A stretch of DNA of 64,000 nt from a virus. Shown piece after piece: positions 28,995 to 38,861 of this stretch. The notes beneath the pieces are model-generated. The model did no database searches. It had not been told where the DNA came from and worked only from the letters and a program-made list of their open reading frames with translations. The stretch's first letter is position 1, and each line of letters starts with the position of its first letter. Location: positions 1 to 64,000 of IMG/VR virus record IMGVR_UViG_3300021519_000916; one strand, written 5' to 3'. The position numbers were made by a program, and so were the translations under genes.

Positions 28995-29954
28995 ATGTCG
29001 CAAAAACATACATTAAACTGGGTTTTGGCCCACGAACCATACCACGTATTCATCGAAGCGGCTAAGAGCTTTGCTGACGAAATTAACACAGAAACTAACG
29101 GTCAATATACAATTAACGTTGTTGACTTAAATGAGTGGAACGCAATCGCTCAAGCAAACTTATCCGTACACACAACAGACCGTGAAAAAATCATCGGCCT
29201 AGTTGATACAGGTGTAATTGATATGGCTACAGTTTATGCAAGTACATTAGGTCGCATTGACAAAGACATGTATGCACTAACAATGCCTTTCTTATTCAAC
29301 AGCGATGAGCAAGCACGTAAGGTAATCGACGGCGACGTTGGTCAACACATGTTAGCTAAAGTTGCAGATAACAGCAACATCCGCGGTTTAGCATTTACAT
29401 ACTCAGGTGGTTTCCGTATTGTTCCAAGTAACAAGGCAATCGAATCTGTTGGTGATTTTGCTACTATGAATATTGGTTGCGGTAATAACCTAGTTGCAGT
29501 TGAAACATTTAAAGCAGTTGGTTCCAATCCAGTTCCAATGTTTATCGAAGACTTAGAAGAAAAATTAGCTACAGGTCAAGTTGACGGTGGCGAAACAACA
29601 TACACACGTTTCTTTGTATTAGGTCACGATAAGCAAACTACACACATTAACGATAACGAACACAGCTTATTCTTAACTAGCTTGATCATTAACCAACAGA
29701 CTTGGTTATCATTGGGCGAAAAGGTACAAGGTATTTTTGCTCGTGCGGCAATGAGAGCCGCTCAAATTGAACGTGATCATAGTTTAGCCGACAACGTTCT
29801 AATTCAGAAACAAGCCGCAGAAAAAGGTATTCCAACTGTACGTATGACCGAAGCTGAAAAAGCCAAGTTTGTATCTGCCACAGCAGGCCTATACACAAAG
29901 TTCAACACTTACTTTAGTTCTGGTCTACTAGATCAATTACAAGGTAAAAAATAA
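28995..29954 (+). CDS. dctP: TRAP DctP-like substrate-binding protein without signal peptide
   Basis: MPFLF, IDGDVG, GLAFTYSGGFR, TGQVDGGE, H; AGGAG RBS; TAAATA at 28925. Confidence 0.85.
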   Translation: MSQKHTLNWVLAHEPYHVFIEAAKSFADEINTETNGQYTINVVDLNEWNAIAQANLSVHTTDREKIIGLVDTGVIDMATVYASTLGRIDKDMYALTMPFLFNSDEQARKVIDGDVGQHMLAKVADNSNIRGLAFTYSGGFRIVPSNKAIESVGDFATMNIGCGNNLVAVETFKAVGSNPVPMFIEDLEEKLATGQVDGGETTYTRFFVLGHDKQTTHINDNEHSLFLTSLIINQQTWLSLGEKVQGIFARAAMRAAQIERDHSLADNVLIQKQAAEKGIPTVRMTEAEKAKFVSATAGLYTKFNTYFSSGLLDQLQGKK

Positions 29955-30658
29955 TGTTGAGCCCAAAAGAGTTTATAGCACGTTTAGCCAAACAATGTGA
30001 ACCATTGTATCAGCATCACGAACAAGCAGTAGCAGAATACTTTGCTAACAAGCCAAGTAAAGAAGATATGATTGGCTACTTTAGCCGTCGTATGATCAAT
30101 GAACGTATTAACTGCATCCAGTTAGCCAAGCGTGTAGGTAGCTTGCCAATGGATACTAGCGCAGAAGAAATGTTCTTGTTGAGCAAACAAGCACATGACG
30201 AAGCTAAACACTTCTGGTACGTTAAAGAAATCGTAGAAGATATGTTAGGTCATGAAGTTGATGTTGACGCTACATTTGAAAAGATCAAAGAAGAACAATT
30301 AAAGCAAGAAGAAGATGGTTACGATCGTTTTCGTCCAGCTGAATTGTTAGAACATTTCGAGTGTTCAGAAGATCCAGTTGCACTAGCAGTTTACCAATAC
30401 ATTGCCGAAGGCATGGCACATCGTAATTGGGTAATGCAAGCTGAGTGTGCTCCTAATGAACTAATTGCTGAAAAGTATGCCGAAATTGCTAAGGACGAAA
30501 AGTTCCACGCAAGTCTAGGTCGTGCGGCATTAGAAAAATTAGTAGTCGATCCAGAAGTACAAGCTCGTGCTCAAGCATTAGCAGATCAATTTATTGCAAT
30601 TTTATGGGATTTGCGTTGTATCAAACAACATATCCCGATGTCCGAATTAGCAGTTTAA
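29954..30658 (+). CDS. ferritin-like diiron-carboxylate protein
   Basis: E...DEAKH...E...DEKFH ligand set in a helical protein. Confidence 0.8.
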   Translation: MLSPKEFIARLAKQCEPLYQHHEQAVAEYFANKPSKEDMIGYFSRRMINERINCIQLAKRVGSLPMDTSAEEMFLLSKQAHDEAKHFWYVKEIVEDMLGHEVDVDATFEKIKEEQLKQEEDGYDRFRPAELLEHFECSEDPVALAVYQYIAEGMAHRNWVMQAECAPNELIAEKYAEIAKDEKFHASLGRAALEKLVVDPEVQARAQALADQFIAILWDLRCIKQHIPMSELAV

Positions 30659-30662
30659 TCTC

Positions 30663-30703
30663 TTGACAAGTTGGCACTAGGTAGCGTATACTAGTGCTAA
30701 CTT
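30663..30703 (+). terminator. 13-bp hairpin overlapping a sigma70 promoter
   Basis: AAGTTGGCACTAG/CTAGTGCTAACTT; TTGACA-N18-TATACT. Confidence 0.6.
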
Positions 30704-30718
30704 TGTAGTCCCCTTTAA

Positions 30719-31438
30719 ATGAATAACCCCTTAAGCGAATACGATAGCGTATGGGAATGGTCTAAGACTAAAAGCTCTTACCATTTTGATAACACTAAAC
30801 AAGACCGTCCTAATTCTACCTTTATGGTTGTTGGACAAATACCTGTAACCTGGGCAGACTATTTGCCTGCAATACGTCAACAGAGTTTTACTACAACATG
30901 GAATAACATTACCAGCACAGGCGGCGCCAAGCAAGTTGTACTAGGCATTGATAAACGACGTGCTGATATTGCTAAAGGTGGCGGTGACCTTGACAAGATT
31001 GAAATGACTGATGTCTTTGATGACTTTACCAACTATCCCGAGTTACAAAAGATTATTGACAGCTTTCATTTTAGTGCAATTCATGCTCGCTGTCATGTAC
31101 AAAAGACAGGGCAAATGTTTACAGCACACATTGACCCGATACAAAGATTGTTTTACAAAGATGGTAACGGTAATCCCGACTCAGGCGATTACGGTTACGA
31201 TCCACTAGATATTGTTCGTGCTACAGTTATGTTAGAAGACTGGCATCCGGGACAATTTATGATATACGGCAATACTGTTTACCAACAGTGGCGTGCCGGA
31301 GAAATACACATGCACGATTGGCCAAACGTACCACACGCTACAGCCAACGCAAGTGAACACAGTCGTATTACTCTACAAGTAACAGGACTAAGAACTGCTT
31401 TAACTGATCCAAAATTTAACGTGAGGAACTTCAAATGA
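30719..31438 (+). CDS. 2OG-Fe(II) oxygenase/cupin-like protein
   Basis: HID...H facial triad (FTAHIDP, VPHATAN) followed by R-x-T-L-Q-V-T. Confidence 0.7.
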   Translation: MNNPLSEYDSVWEWSKTKSSYHFDNTKQDRPNSTFMVVGQIPVTWADYLPAIRQQSFTTTWNNITSTGGAKQVVLGIDKRRADIAKGGGDLDKIEMTDVFDDFTNYPELQKIIDSFHFSAIHARCHVQKTGQMFTAHIDPIQRLFYKDGNGNPDSGDYGYDPLDIVRATVMLEDWHPGQFMIYGNTVYQQWRAGEIHMHDWPNVPHATANASEHSRITLQVTGLRTALTDPKFNVRNFK

Positions 31439-32340
31439 TCAAACGACTTTTACTAACAGCTTTATTAGCCTTATCAACTACTGCATTTGCTGGAGAACGA
31501 ATTACTCTGTATTGGGGTTTTAGTCCTGCCGCCAACCAAGCAAACTTTTATCGTGCTATGGTAGCAGAACTTAAACGTACTCAAACCAAGTATGAATTCT
31601 TTTTTGAAACTAAACCAGGTGCTGGCGGCGCCATTGCCGCGAAACATATTTTAGACAACCCTAAAAATACCCTGCTAGGCGGCACAAGTACTTTCTTTAT
31701 TAGACCAAACTTTGATAAAGAAACTGGCTATAGCGCAGAAAGTTTTCAACCAGTCCTAGTTCAAACTCTTGGCGCACCAGTTGCATTTTTTAGTTCTAAG
31801 TATAATAACATTAAAGTATTGAAAAAGGATCAAGACTTAACAACATCAATTAGTGGGTACGGTAGTCACAGTAACCTAATGGGCAGTATCTTGGGGGAAC
31901 ATTACTCTGGTGTTCGTATTATTAACTATGTTAGTCTAGTAGATGCTGTTAGAGATGTAGAGGGAAAACACATTGACACCGGGTGGAACTGGTTGGCCGA
32001 GATTGAAGGTGCAGTTGAAACAAATACGACAAGTGTGCTTGGCATTACTGGAACTCGTAGTGTCAAAGGTTTCCCTACATTGGCCAGCCAAGGCATCAAG
32101 GGATTTGAAAACGCCAGTACCAATACTGTCATTGTTGCCAGTGCCGAAATGCCTGCGGAAAAAGTTCGAGAATTATACGAACTGCTACGTGTAGCAAATC
32201 GAGCACCGGATGTACAAGCTGGCTATGCTAGAGAGTATTCGACTCCGGCAGACTTTACATGGCCTCAAACAGTTAGTTGGTTTAATCAGCAAGTTAAGTT
32301 TTGGCGCGAACAGGCCGCAAAAGTTAAGCCACTACAATAA
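31435..32340 (+). CDS. Bug/TctC-like tripartite tricarboxylate transporter substrate-binding protein (secreted)
   Basis: Signal peptide ..TAFA, KPGAGGAIA, DVEGKHID, PTLASQG. Confidence 0.8.
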   Translation: MIKRLLLTALLALSTTAFAGERITLYWGFSPAANQANFYRAMVAELKRTQTKYEFFFETKPGAGGAIAAKHILDNPKNTLLGGTSTFFIRPNFDKETGYSAESFQPVLVQTLGAPVAFFSSKYNNIKVLKKDQDLTTSISGYGSHSNLMGSILGEHYSGVRIINYVSLVDAVRDVEGKHIDTGWNWLAEIEGAVETNTTSVLGITGTRSVKGFPTLASQGIKGFENASTNTVIVASAEMPAEKVRELYELLRVANRAPDVQAGYAREYSTPADFTWPQTVSWFNQQVKFWREQAAKVKPLQ

Positions 32341-33479
32341 TGAATAAGAAACTCGGTTACTACGTATGTGATGGTCAAGAATTTAATTCTAAGATCAATT
32401 GTGCAATACATGCCACACAAGCAAATAAACCCATGTCTTGGGTTTTTAACAATGACGTCTTTTCTAATTACGATTTTAGTAAAGATCCAGAAGAAACATT
32501 AGATGCTCTGTACGATCGCCGTGCTAGAGAAATTAGAGAAAAATACGATTATGTTGTGTTAAGCTACTCTGGGGGTTCCGACAGTCATAATATCTTAATG
32601 TCATTTTATCGACAAGGATTACACATTGACGAAGTAATCAGTAACTGGGTATTTGAAGCTAGTAAAAAATTTACTATCATTGATTCTTTAGTTAACGATG
32701 CATGGAATCAAAACGCCGAGTACGAGCTACATACCAAAGAACGCCTGCAATGGATCTATGATCATATGCCCACGACCAAGGTCACATTATACGATTGTGG
32801 TAAACAAATTTATACGTATTTTAATAAGGCCAAAGACCCAACGTGGGTAACCGATCATGTTGAACCCTTGAACCCTGCGGCCACACAACGTTATAATCCG
32901 TTACAAATTAAAGATATTCGTTTGCGTATAGACAAACAACATTCAATTGGATTTATAGTGGGTGTTGATAAACCCCTGAGTCTTATTGTTGACAACAAGA
33001 TGTATCTGCGTTTGCGGGATAAAACTGCAAACATTATTCCCAGCAGTATCTACACCAGCGAATACGATAACACCACGGTTGAGTACTTTTATTGGGCGCC
33101 TGAATCATGCGCTATGTTGGCCAAACAAGGACATACTATGCTCAAGCATTTGAACACCAATAAACAATACCAGTTGATTTGGAAACCTAGCCAGGTTGAA
33201 AACTTTAGAGCCGCACAAGAAACTCTGATGAGAAGTATAGTTTATACCACATGGGATGAGCAAAACTCATTTCAAACAAAGAAACCGACTAACGATTGGT
33301 ACAGTGAACTAGACTATTGGTTTACTGAACAATTCAGGAATACCCCCGCTGGCCGCAATTGGCAAGCAGGGGTAGACTATTTAGAAAATTCTGTTGATAA
33401 ATCTTTACAACTTACAACTGGAAAGAAGGGCTTGAAGGTTTTCTTCTCACCCCTTTACTATGTTGGCGATGTTGTTTAG
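32340..33479 (+). CDS. PP-loop (adenine nucleotide alpha-hydrolase-like) enzyme
   Basis: RRAREIREKYDYVVLSYSGGSDS; GVDKP; paralog of 40074 and 41393. Confidence 0.7.
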   Translation: MNKKLGYYVCDGQEFNSKINCAIHATQANKPMSWVFNNDVFSNYDFSKDPEETLDALYDRRAREIREKYDYVVLSYSGGSDSHNILMSFYRQGLHIDEVISNWVFEASKKFTIIDSLVNDAWNQNAEYELHTKERLQWIYDHMPTTKVTLYDCGKQIYTYFNKAKDPTWVTDHVEPLNPAATQRYNPLQIKDIRLRIDKQHSIGFIVGVDKPLSLIVDNKMYLRLRDKTANIIPSSIYTSEYDNTTVEYFYWAPESCAMLAKQGHTMLKHLNTNKQYQLIWKPSQVENFRAAQETLMRSIVYTTWDEQNSFQTKKPTNDWYSELDYWFTEQFRNTPAGRNWQAGVDYLENSVDKSLQLTTGKKGLKVFFSPLYYVGDVV

Positions 33480-34501
33480 TCTTTACGACGTTCAATAATA
33501 CGTTTTACTAAGTTTATATCGATACCCATGACTTCAACATGGCGATAGCTTAGTTTTGCTCGCTTCCGTAACAACACCTGGTCTTCTTCAGACAAGTCAA
33601 TGATTGTAACACCATTGGCTACAGCATCGCGTTCGTATTTTTCAGCATCTGCAACAGACCACTCACGTTCGATCTTAGCTACACGCTTTGCGGCAACCAT
33701 AAATGCATTACGTTGTTCTTCTGTTAAACTATCTAAGAACTTAGTACCAGTTAAGATAGTTGTCATGAAAATACTGTGATTTGTTTTTAATACGTGCTTA
33801 CCAGTAAAGCGAATGTATGTAGTTTCAATAGCCATGCCGTCATCTACACCTTCAGCTAAACTAGCGTTAGCAACTTCAGAGCGACGTAGGATTGGAGTTC
33901 CAAAACCATCGCCAAACAATACTTCGCTTGGACGATTAGCAACGATCAGATCTGTTTGTGCTAAATCACTAAGATTGCTTAGACCATTTGTGCTACCGAT
34001 AATGCGATAACCACCGGAGTAAGTAAATGCTAAACCACGAATCTTTTCATTTTCTAGGCCTTTGCATAGCTCGTCACCAATTTCGCCATCTAGTACACGA
34101 CTAACGTGATCGTGACTGTCAAACAAGAATGGTAAGTCTAATGCGGCAAAGTCTTTGTTCTTTAATTGTTCGGCAACTGTGAATACTTGAGTTTGGCTCA
34201 TTTCAAAATCGCCGGCACGTAACGCATCAAAGAATGTTGTCCATTTTTGTTGCATATCTCTAATGTGGCCAACGGTATGTTCACTAGTACTATCTTCTAG
34301 ACCAGGAATGCTTGGCTTTCTAAGACGCAGAGCTTCCGATTTTTGGTATTGATCAACGTATGAATCAATAGTGTGAATTTCAAGTTCAAATTGTCCCGGG
34401 CACAAAGTTTCTAGTTCGCGGCCAAATGCTTCGGCAGTTCTTTGAAATAGGTGTACCGGAAAGTGTGCAATTAACCAACGTATTTTTCTACGGTCAGACA
34501 T
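33476..34501 (-). CDS. dctP: TRAP DctP-like substrate-binding protein without signal peptide
   Basis: IRWLIAH, LPFLF, VLDGEIG, GLAFTYSGGYR; AGGAG RBS; TAAATA on - strand at 34530-34535. Confidence 0.82.
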   Translation of the reverse strand: MSDRRKIRWLIAHFPVHLFQRTAEAFGRELETLCPGQFELEIHTIDSYVDQYQKSEALRLRKPSIPGLEDSTSEHTVGHIRDMQQKWTTFFDALRAGDFEMSQTQVFTVAEQLKNKDFAALDLPFLFDSHDHVSRVLDGEIGDELCKGLENEKIRGLAFTYSGGYRIIGSTNGLSNLSDLAQTDLIVANRPSEVLFGDGFGTPILRRSEVANASLAEGVDDGMAIETTYIRFTGKHVLKTNHSIFMTTILTGTKFLDSLTEEQRNAFMVAAKRVAKIEREWSVADAEKYERDAVANGVTIIDLSEEDQVLLRKRAKLSYRHVEVMGIDINLVKRIIERRKD

Positions 34502-34566
34502 ATTTGTATCTCCTGAGGATTTAAACATATATTTATGCTTGACCGTAGTCAAATGCCAAAAATACC

Positions 34567-35325
34567 TTAAACTTCCTTGTATATTTTAAGAATTTCAAGT
34601 ACAGCTGGATGTCGTTGTATGTCCTTGTTGGCAAATTCAACTCCCGACACAAACTTACATTCACGATACTCATCTACTAAACGTGTAAAATCTAACAAAC
34701 CGTTATCAGCTTCTTTTCGGTCTGCTTGGCGAGTGTCTCCTGTGATAATCATCTTAGACGCTTCACCCAATCGTGTGAGTAACATTTTCATTTGACTTGG
34801 TGTTGCGTTTTGCATCTCATCTGCAATAATCCAAGATTTCTTAAATGTTCTGCCCCTCATATATGCCAGTGGAGAAATCTCAATTGTTTGATCATCTAGC
34901 ATTTTTACGATTTCGCTTTGTCTATAATACTCCCCAATGACGTCAAATATTGGTCTAGTCCATGGTGCCATTTTTTCATTTAGCGTACCCGGTAAGAAAC
35001 CGTGTTGTTCATCATCTACCCCAACTGCTGGTCTAGTTATAACTATACGTTCGACTTCTCCGGATCTGTAGGCTTTCAAGGCCGCAAGGACCGCAAGCAT
35101 AGTTTTACCCGTACCTGCTGGACCTGTGGCAAATATAATTAGCCGTTTAGGATCAGTTAGTTGATCGATGTATTTTTCTTGTGTTAGACTTTTTGGGAGA
35201 AGAGAAATTGGACGTTGCTGTTGTTGCTGTGGTTTTCGATATAAGTCCAATCTTACTGCGTTGTTACTAGTGAAGTTACTGTTGATTGTTAGAGCATCTG
35301 CTCTACGTTGTTGCCGTTTGGACAA
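34567..35325 (-). CDS. phoH: PhoH-family ATPase
   Basis: GPAGTGKT, GFLPG, YMRGRT, DEMQN, GDTRQ.D. Confidence 0.95.
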   Translation of the reverse strand: MSKRQQRRADALTINSNFTSNNAVRLDLYRKPQQQQQRPISLLPKSLTQEKYIDQLTDPKRLIIFATGPAGTGKTMLAVLAALKAYRSGEVERIVITRPAVGVDDEQHGFLPGTLNEKMAPWTRPIFDVIGEYYRQSEIVKMLDDQTIEISPLAYMRGRTFKKSWIIADEMQNATPSQMKMLLTRLGEASKMIITGDTRQADRKEADNGLLDFTRLVDEYRECKFVSGVEFANKDIQRHPAVLEILKIYKEV

Positions 35326-35436
35326 GTGTGCCTCCTGTTAGTAGATTTGTAGATCAATTTTACCTACACAAATATTTAGGCGCAAACTTGTTTATTTTAT
35401 ACGACCTGTTTATGGTCGAAAAACCAACATAAATAA

Positions 35437-36171
35437 TTAACTATGAGTGAGACACTGGTACGCAAAGTACAGACGCTCGTTGGTATCCTTCTTAAACTCC
35501 AATAGTTTCAAATTATACTTTTCAGCAAACTCGTTTACTATTTCAAATGTCCACGGAAAAATATCTACATACGGGCCAGTCTTGTGCGGAATACCAGGAT
35601 TGGCTCTTAGATAAAATTTCCCCCCGGGTGCAAGCAACTCTATGCAATGTGCAAATCTAGCTTCAATGTCATCTCGACTATTAAAGTTTATGGACCCCAA
35701 TGCAATAATGTGATCGTGTTTACGTGTCACTTTATAGTCAAGAATATCTACCATATAGTCAGCACAATTGTTATAGGGATCAATGCCTATTAGATTATCA
35801 ATTTTCCCTTTAAACGGATGATATCCGCAGCCAACATCCAACACGTTTTGTGGACCTTGTTTTTGAATTTCATCTGCTAGACCCCAACCAGTGTAGTCGT
35901 AATCCCCTGTGCGTGGTTTCCATATTTCACTAAAGAATCGATGAATGTATCTCTCACTTAAATCATCTACTACTTCTTTTAATGTACCTCGGTATTCACA
36001 GGGTAAACATAACTCAGCTTCAACAGCATCTTTAAACTTGCGATAACGTGCTGGTGTCCATGGCAGGTCCTCTACTATAGTATCTTCATTAATAGCAATA
36101 TGTTGATATTTTGGTAGGCTAAATGCACCATATAAATTTTGGGAGATTAAGTTAAAAATTTTAGTATTCAT
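35437..36171 (-). CDS. SAM-dependent methyltransferase with N-terminal ACP-like helical domain
   Basis: VLDVGCG, GIDP, LAPGG; N-terminus resembles a carrier-protein pattern. Confidence 0.75.
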   Translation of the reverse strand: MNTKIFNLISQNLYGAFSLPKYQHIAINEDTIVEDLPWTPARYRKFKDAVEAELCLPCEYRGTLKEVVDDLSERYIHRFFSEIWKPRTGDYDYTGWGLADEIQKQGPQNVLDVGCGYHPFKGKIDNLIGIDPYNNCADYMVDILDYKVTRKHDHIIALGSINFNSRDDIEARFAHCIELLAPGGKFYLRANPGIPHKTGPYVDIFPWTFEIVNEFAEKYNLKLLEFKKDTNERLYFAYQCLTHS

Positions 36172-36267
36172 TGATTTTTTTCTATTAGATAAATAATTTT
36201 TACAGAAACATAAGAAATTTTTATGTCTGACTGTTTTTCTATAAGTATTTAATCAAAGGATAGCTCA

Positions 36268-37221
36268 ATGAAAAAATTAGTAGCCATATTACTACTTGTG
36301 CCACTGTTAGCATTTGCGTGGGAACCAAAAAAGCCAATAACTGTTATATTTCCAAATGGTCCCGGTGCCGGAAACGAAATTAGTTTTAGATTTGTGGCAA
36401 GTATAGTAGAAAAGAAAACTGGCAGTAGTTTTGTGTCAGAATATCGCCCAGGCGCCGATGGTAATGTTGCAATGAATCATTTTGCCACTGCGCCGGCTGA
36501 TGGATATACTGTTGCTGTTCCTGCTTGCCAAAGTAACTGGGTAACTGCAGAGGTTTGGTATAGCAATATATTAAAATATGATGCTCAAGAATTTGAGCCG
36601 GTTGCTAATATTGCACGTAGCCCTTTGGCATTTTGGGCAACCCCAAAAAGTAATATCAACAATCCAAGAGAACTGGTTGATGCTATTAAGAATAGCAACC
36701 GTCCAATCACATTTGCAATTGGTGGTGGCGGACATAGATTAGCGGTAGAATATCTGGCGGAACGTTTAGGTATCCCGAATAGCAGAATAACAGTGGTAAT
36801 GTATAAAGGTCCAGCACAAGCATTATTAGATGTTATGGGAGGACATGTAGAATTTGGTGTTACTCCAGTGGCAGTGGGGTGGCCCCAAGTGCAAGCCAAC
36901 AAACTAAAGTTAATTGGTATAGCCAACGAGCATCCACTTAAAGGATTAGAAAATGCTCCATTAATGAAAACTGTTGCTCCGGGTTTGTTTATACATGGAT
37001 GTTGGAACATAGTATTGCCAAAAGGTACACCAGCTGATGTACAAGCGTGGTATCGCGATCAATTTGTACCTGCTATTAGAAGTAATGAAGCCCAAGAAAA
37101 GTTTGTGGACAATATGATGTTTATTACACCAACAGAACATACCCCGGAAGGTGTCAGGGCAAGTATGGCCCGTTTGCGACAAGTATGGCAACCAATTGCT
37201 AAAAAGGTAAACCCAGAATGA
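36268..37221 (+). CDS. Bug/TctC family substrate-binding protein (secreted)
   Basis: WEPKKPITVIFPNGPGAG, RPGADGNVA, APADGYT, YKGPAQALLDVMGGHVE, LPKGTP. Confidence 0.9.
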   Translation: MKKLVAILLLVPLLAFAWEPKKPITVIFPNGPGAGNEISFRFVASIVEKKTGSSFVSEYRPGADGNVAMNHFATAPADGYTVAVPACQSNWVTAEVWYSNILKYDAQEFEPVANIARSPLAFWATPKSNINNPRELVDAIKNSNRPITFAIGGGGHRLAVEYLAERLGIPNSRITVVMYKGPAQALLDVMGGHVEFGVTPVAVGWPQVQANKLKLIGIANEHPLKGLENAPLMKTVAPGLFIHGCWNIVLPKGTPADVQAWYRDQFVPAIRSNEAQEKFVDNMMFITPTEHTPEGVRASMARLRQVWQPIAKKVNPE

Positions 37222-37820
37222 AATATATTTTTATAGCTGGTGCGCCCGGTTCAAAATGGTCCAGTGTAGCTCTTAATATCTATTATAGTCCAGATGTTGA
37301 CCGCAGTGATGCACAAGCCAATCGAAACTATAGTCGCAACGGCACAGTCATGCATGTGGGCGGTTACTTTGATCCTGGTATGGAATTTGGCGATTGGTTT
37401 GATCAGTTAGATAAACATACCCAAGAAGAATGTGAAGCAGAATTTGATCGGCCGTTTACAGGTGAGGGGGTGCGTATTATCAAGAGTCATATGTTTATGT
37501 ATCATATTGGGTTCCTAAAACAAAACTGGTCCGATGCCCCTATCATTATGGTACACCGGGGTGATGATGCTTCTTTAGGATGGTGGGTGCGGTCTGGTGG
37601 ATTTGACATCACTTACCCCGACTATCAACCCTACTATAAAGATTTAGACTTTATGTCAGAGGAAATCACAAGACAAAATGCGGCCATGCGTCCTCACTGG
37701 GATTTGGGAAGTTTTGTCTACAATAATCTTGAGCTGTGTGACCAAATTGGCATTGCCCTGCCCCCACCTGAATATAAGCAAAACTACGCCGATAATAAAA
37801 TAAGGGTAAAAGTATTATGA
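37218..37820 (+). CDS. P-loop/sulfotransferase-fold protein
   Basis: IFIAGAPGSKWSS resembles the PAPS 5'-PSB loop; IIKSH; MVHR. Confidence 0.5.
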   Translation: MKYIFIAGAPGSKWSSVALNIYYSPDVDRSDAQANRNYSRNGTVMHVGGYFDPGMEFGDWFDQLDKHTQEECEAEFDRPFTGEGVRIIKSHMFMYHIGFLKQNWSDAPIIMVHRGDDASLGWWVRSGGFDITYPDYQPYYKDLDFMSEEITRQNAAMRPHWDLGSFVYNNLELCDQIGIALPPPEYKQNYADNKIRVKVL

Positions 37821-37891
37821 CACAAGCTAAATAACTGTAGCACTTCGACGATATCCGTCACACACCCCAAAAAAACAATAAGGAATTCTAT

Positions 37892-38371
37892 ATGAAAACA
37901 ACAAAAATTCGCTGGGTAATCGCTCACGAACCGCTAGATCTTTTTATCCGTGCCGCTAAGGATTTCCAAGACTTTTTAAATGCCTCACAGTCGGCTGAAG
38001 AAATTGAAGTAGAAGTAATGACACTAAGTGAGTATTCTACAAAGTATAAAAACGGCGAAACAGTTACCAAGCACGATTTGCTAGACCTAATAGAGTCCGG
38101 TGAAATTGAAATGAGCCAAATGTACACAACCTGGCTGGCAGAAAACTTTAATCACGATATGTTAGCATTAGAAATGCCATTCCTATTTGAAAATCACGAA
38201 CATGCAACTCGTGTACTAGAAGGTGAAGTTGGCGAATATCTATTAGATAAAACAACTGAAAATTCAAATGTGCGCGGCCTAGCGTTTACATATTCGGGTG
38301 GTTTCCGTAATGTACTATCAAACAAAAAAGTTAATAATCTAAAAGGTCTAACTGGTGAAGATCAGAACTAA
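37892..38371 (+). CDS. dctP: DctP-like protein, N-terminal half
   Basis: IRWVIAHEP, MPFLF, GLAFTYSGGFR; stops shortly after; TAAATA at 37828. Confidence 0.8.
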   Translation: MKTTKIRWVIAHEPLDLFIRAAKDFQDFLNASQSAEEIEVEVMTLSEYSTKYKNGETVTKHDLLDLIESGEIEMSQMYTTWLAENFNHDMLALEMPFLFENHEHATRVLEGEVGEYLLDKTTENSNVRGLAFTYSGGFRNVLSNKKVNNLKGLTGEDQN

Positions 38372-38849
38372 TCGTAATCCTGTAGCACAAGAAACTTTTC
38401 GAGCACTAGGTGTGGAGTCGGAAGACATCCACATCTGTGAAATTGAAGATCTTGCTGAGCATATTAAGTCTGGCGAATGTGATGCCGGCGAAGGTGTATA
38501 CAGTCGTGTGTATCCGTTAAAACAAAATGAAGTTACCAAAAGCGTTATTGATAGTAAACATAGTTTGTTTCTTACCACCATGATTATTGGCAATACATTT
38601 TATGAAAAGTTAAGCCCGGAAGTACGTGCTATTATCAAAGAAGCGGCATTAGATGCTGGACGTAAAGAACGTTTAAAAACTATTGAAGATGGCGAGCAGG
38701 CCAAACAAAAATTGATCAACGAAGGTGTTAACATACACAATCTAACACCAGAAGAACTTGCCGAGTGGAAAGAAAAGACTCAAGTTGTTTACGACAAATT
38801 TGAACCTACCTTTACACCAGGATTAGTTGACAAAATCAAACGCAGTTAA
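38355..38849 (+). CDS. dctP: DctP-like protein, C-terminal half (+1 frame)
   Basis: KIRT...FRALG...SGECDAGE...HSLFLT; GTG start overlapping the first half. Confidence 0.8.
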   Translation: MKIRTNRNPVAQETFRALGVESEDIHICEIEDLAEHIKSGECDAGEGVYSRVYPLKQNEVTKSVIDSKHSLFLTTMIIGNTFYEKLSPEVRAIIKEAALDAGRKERLKTIEDGEQAKQKLINEGVNIHNLTPEELAEWKEKTQVVYDKFEPTFTPGLVDKIKRS

Positions 38850-38861
38850 TTTTACCAAATG

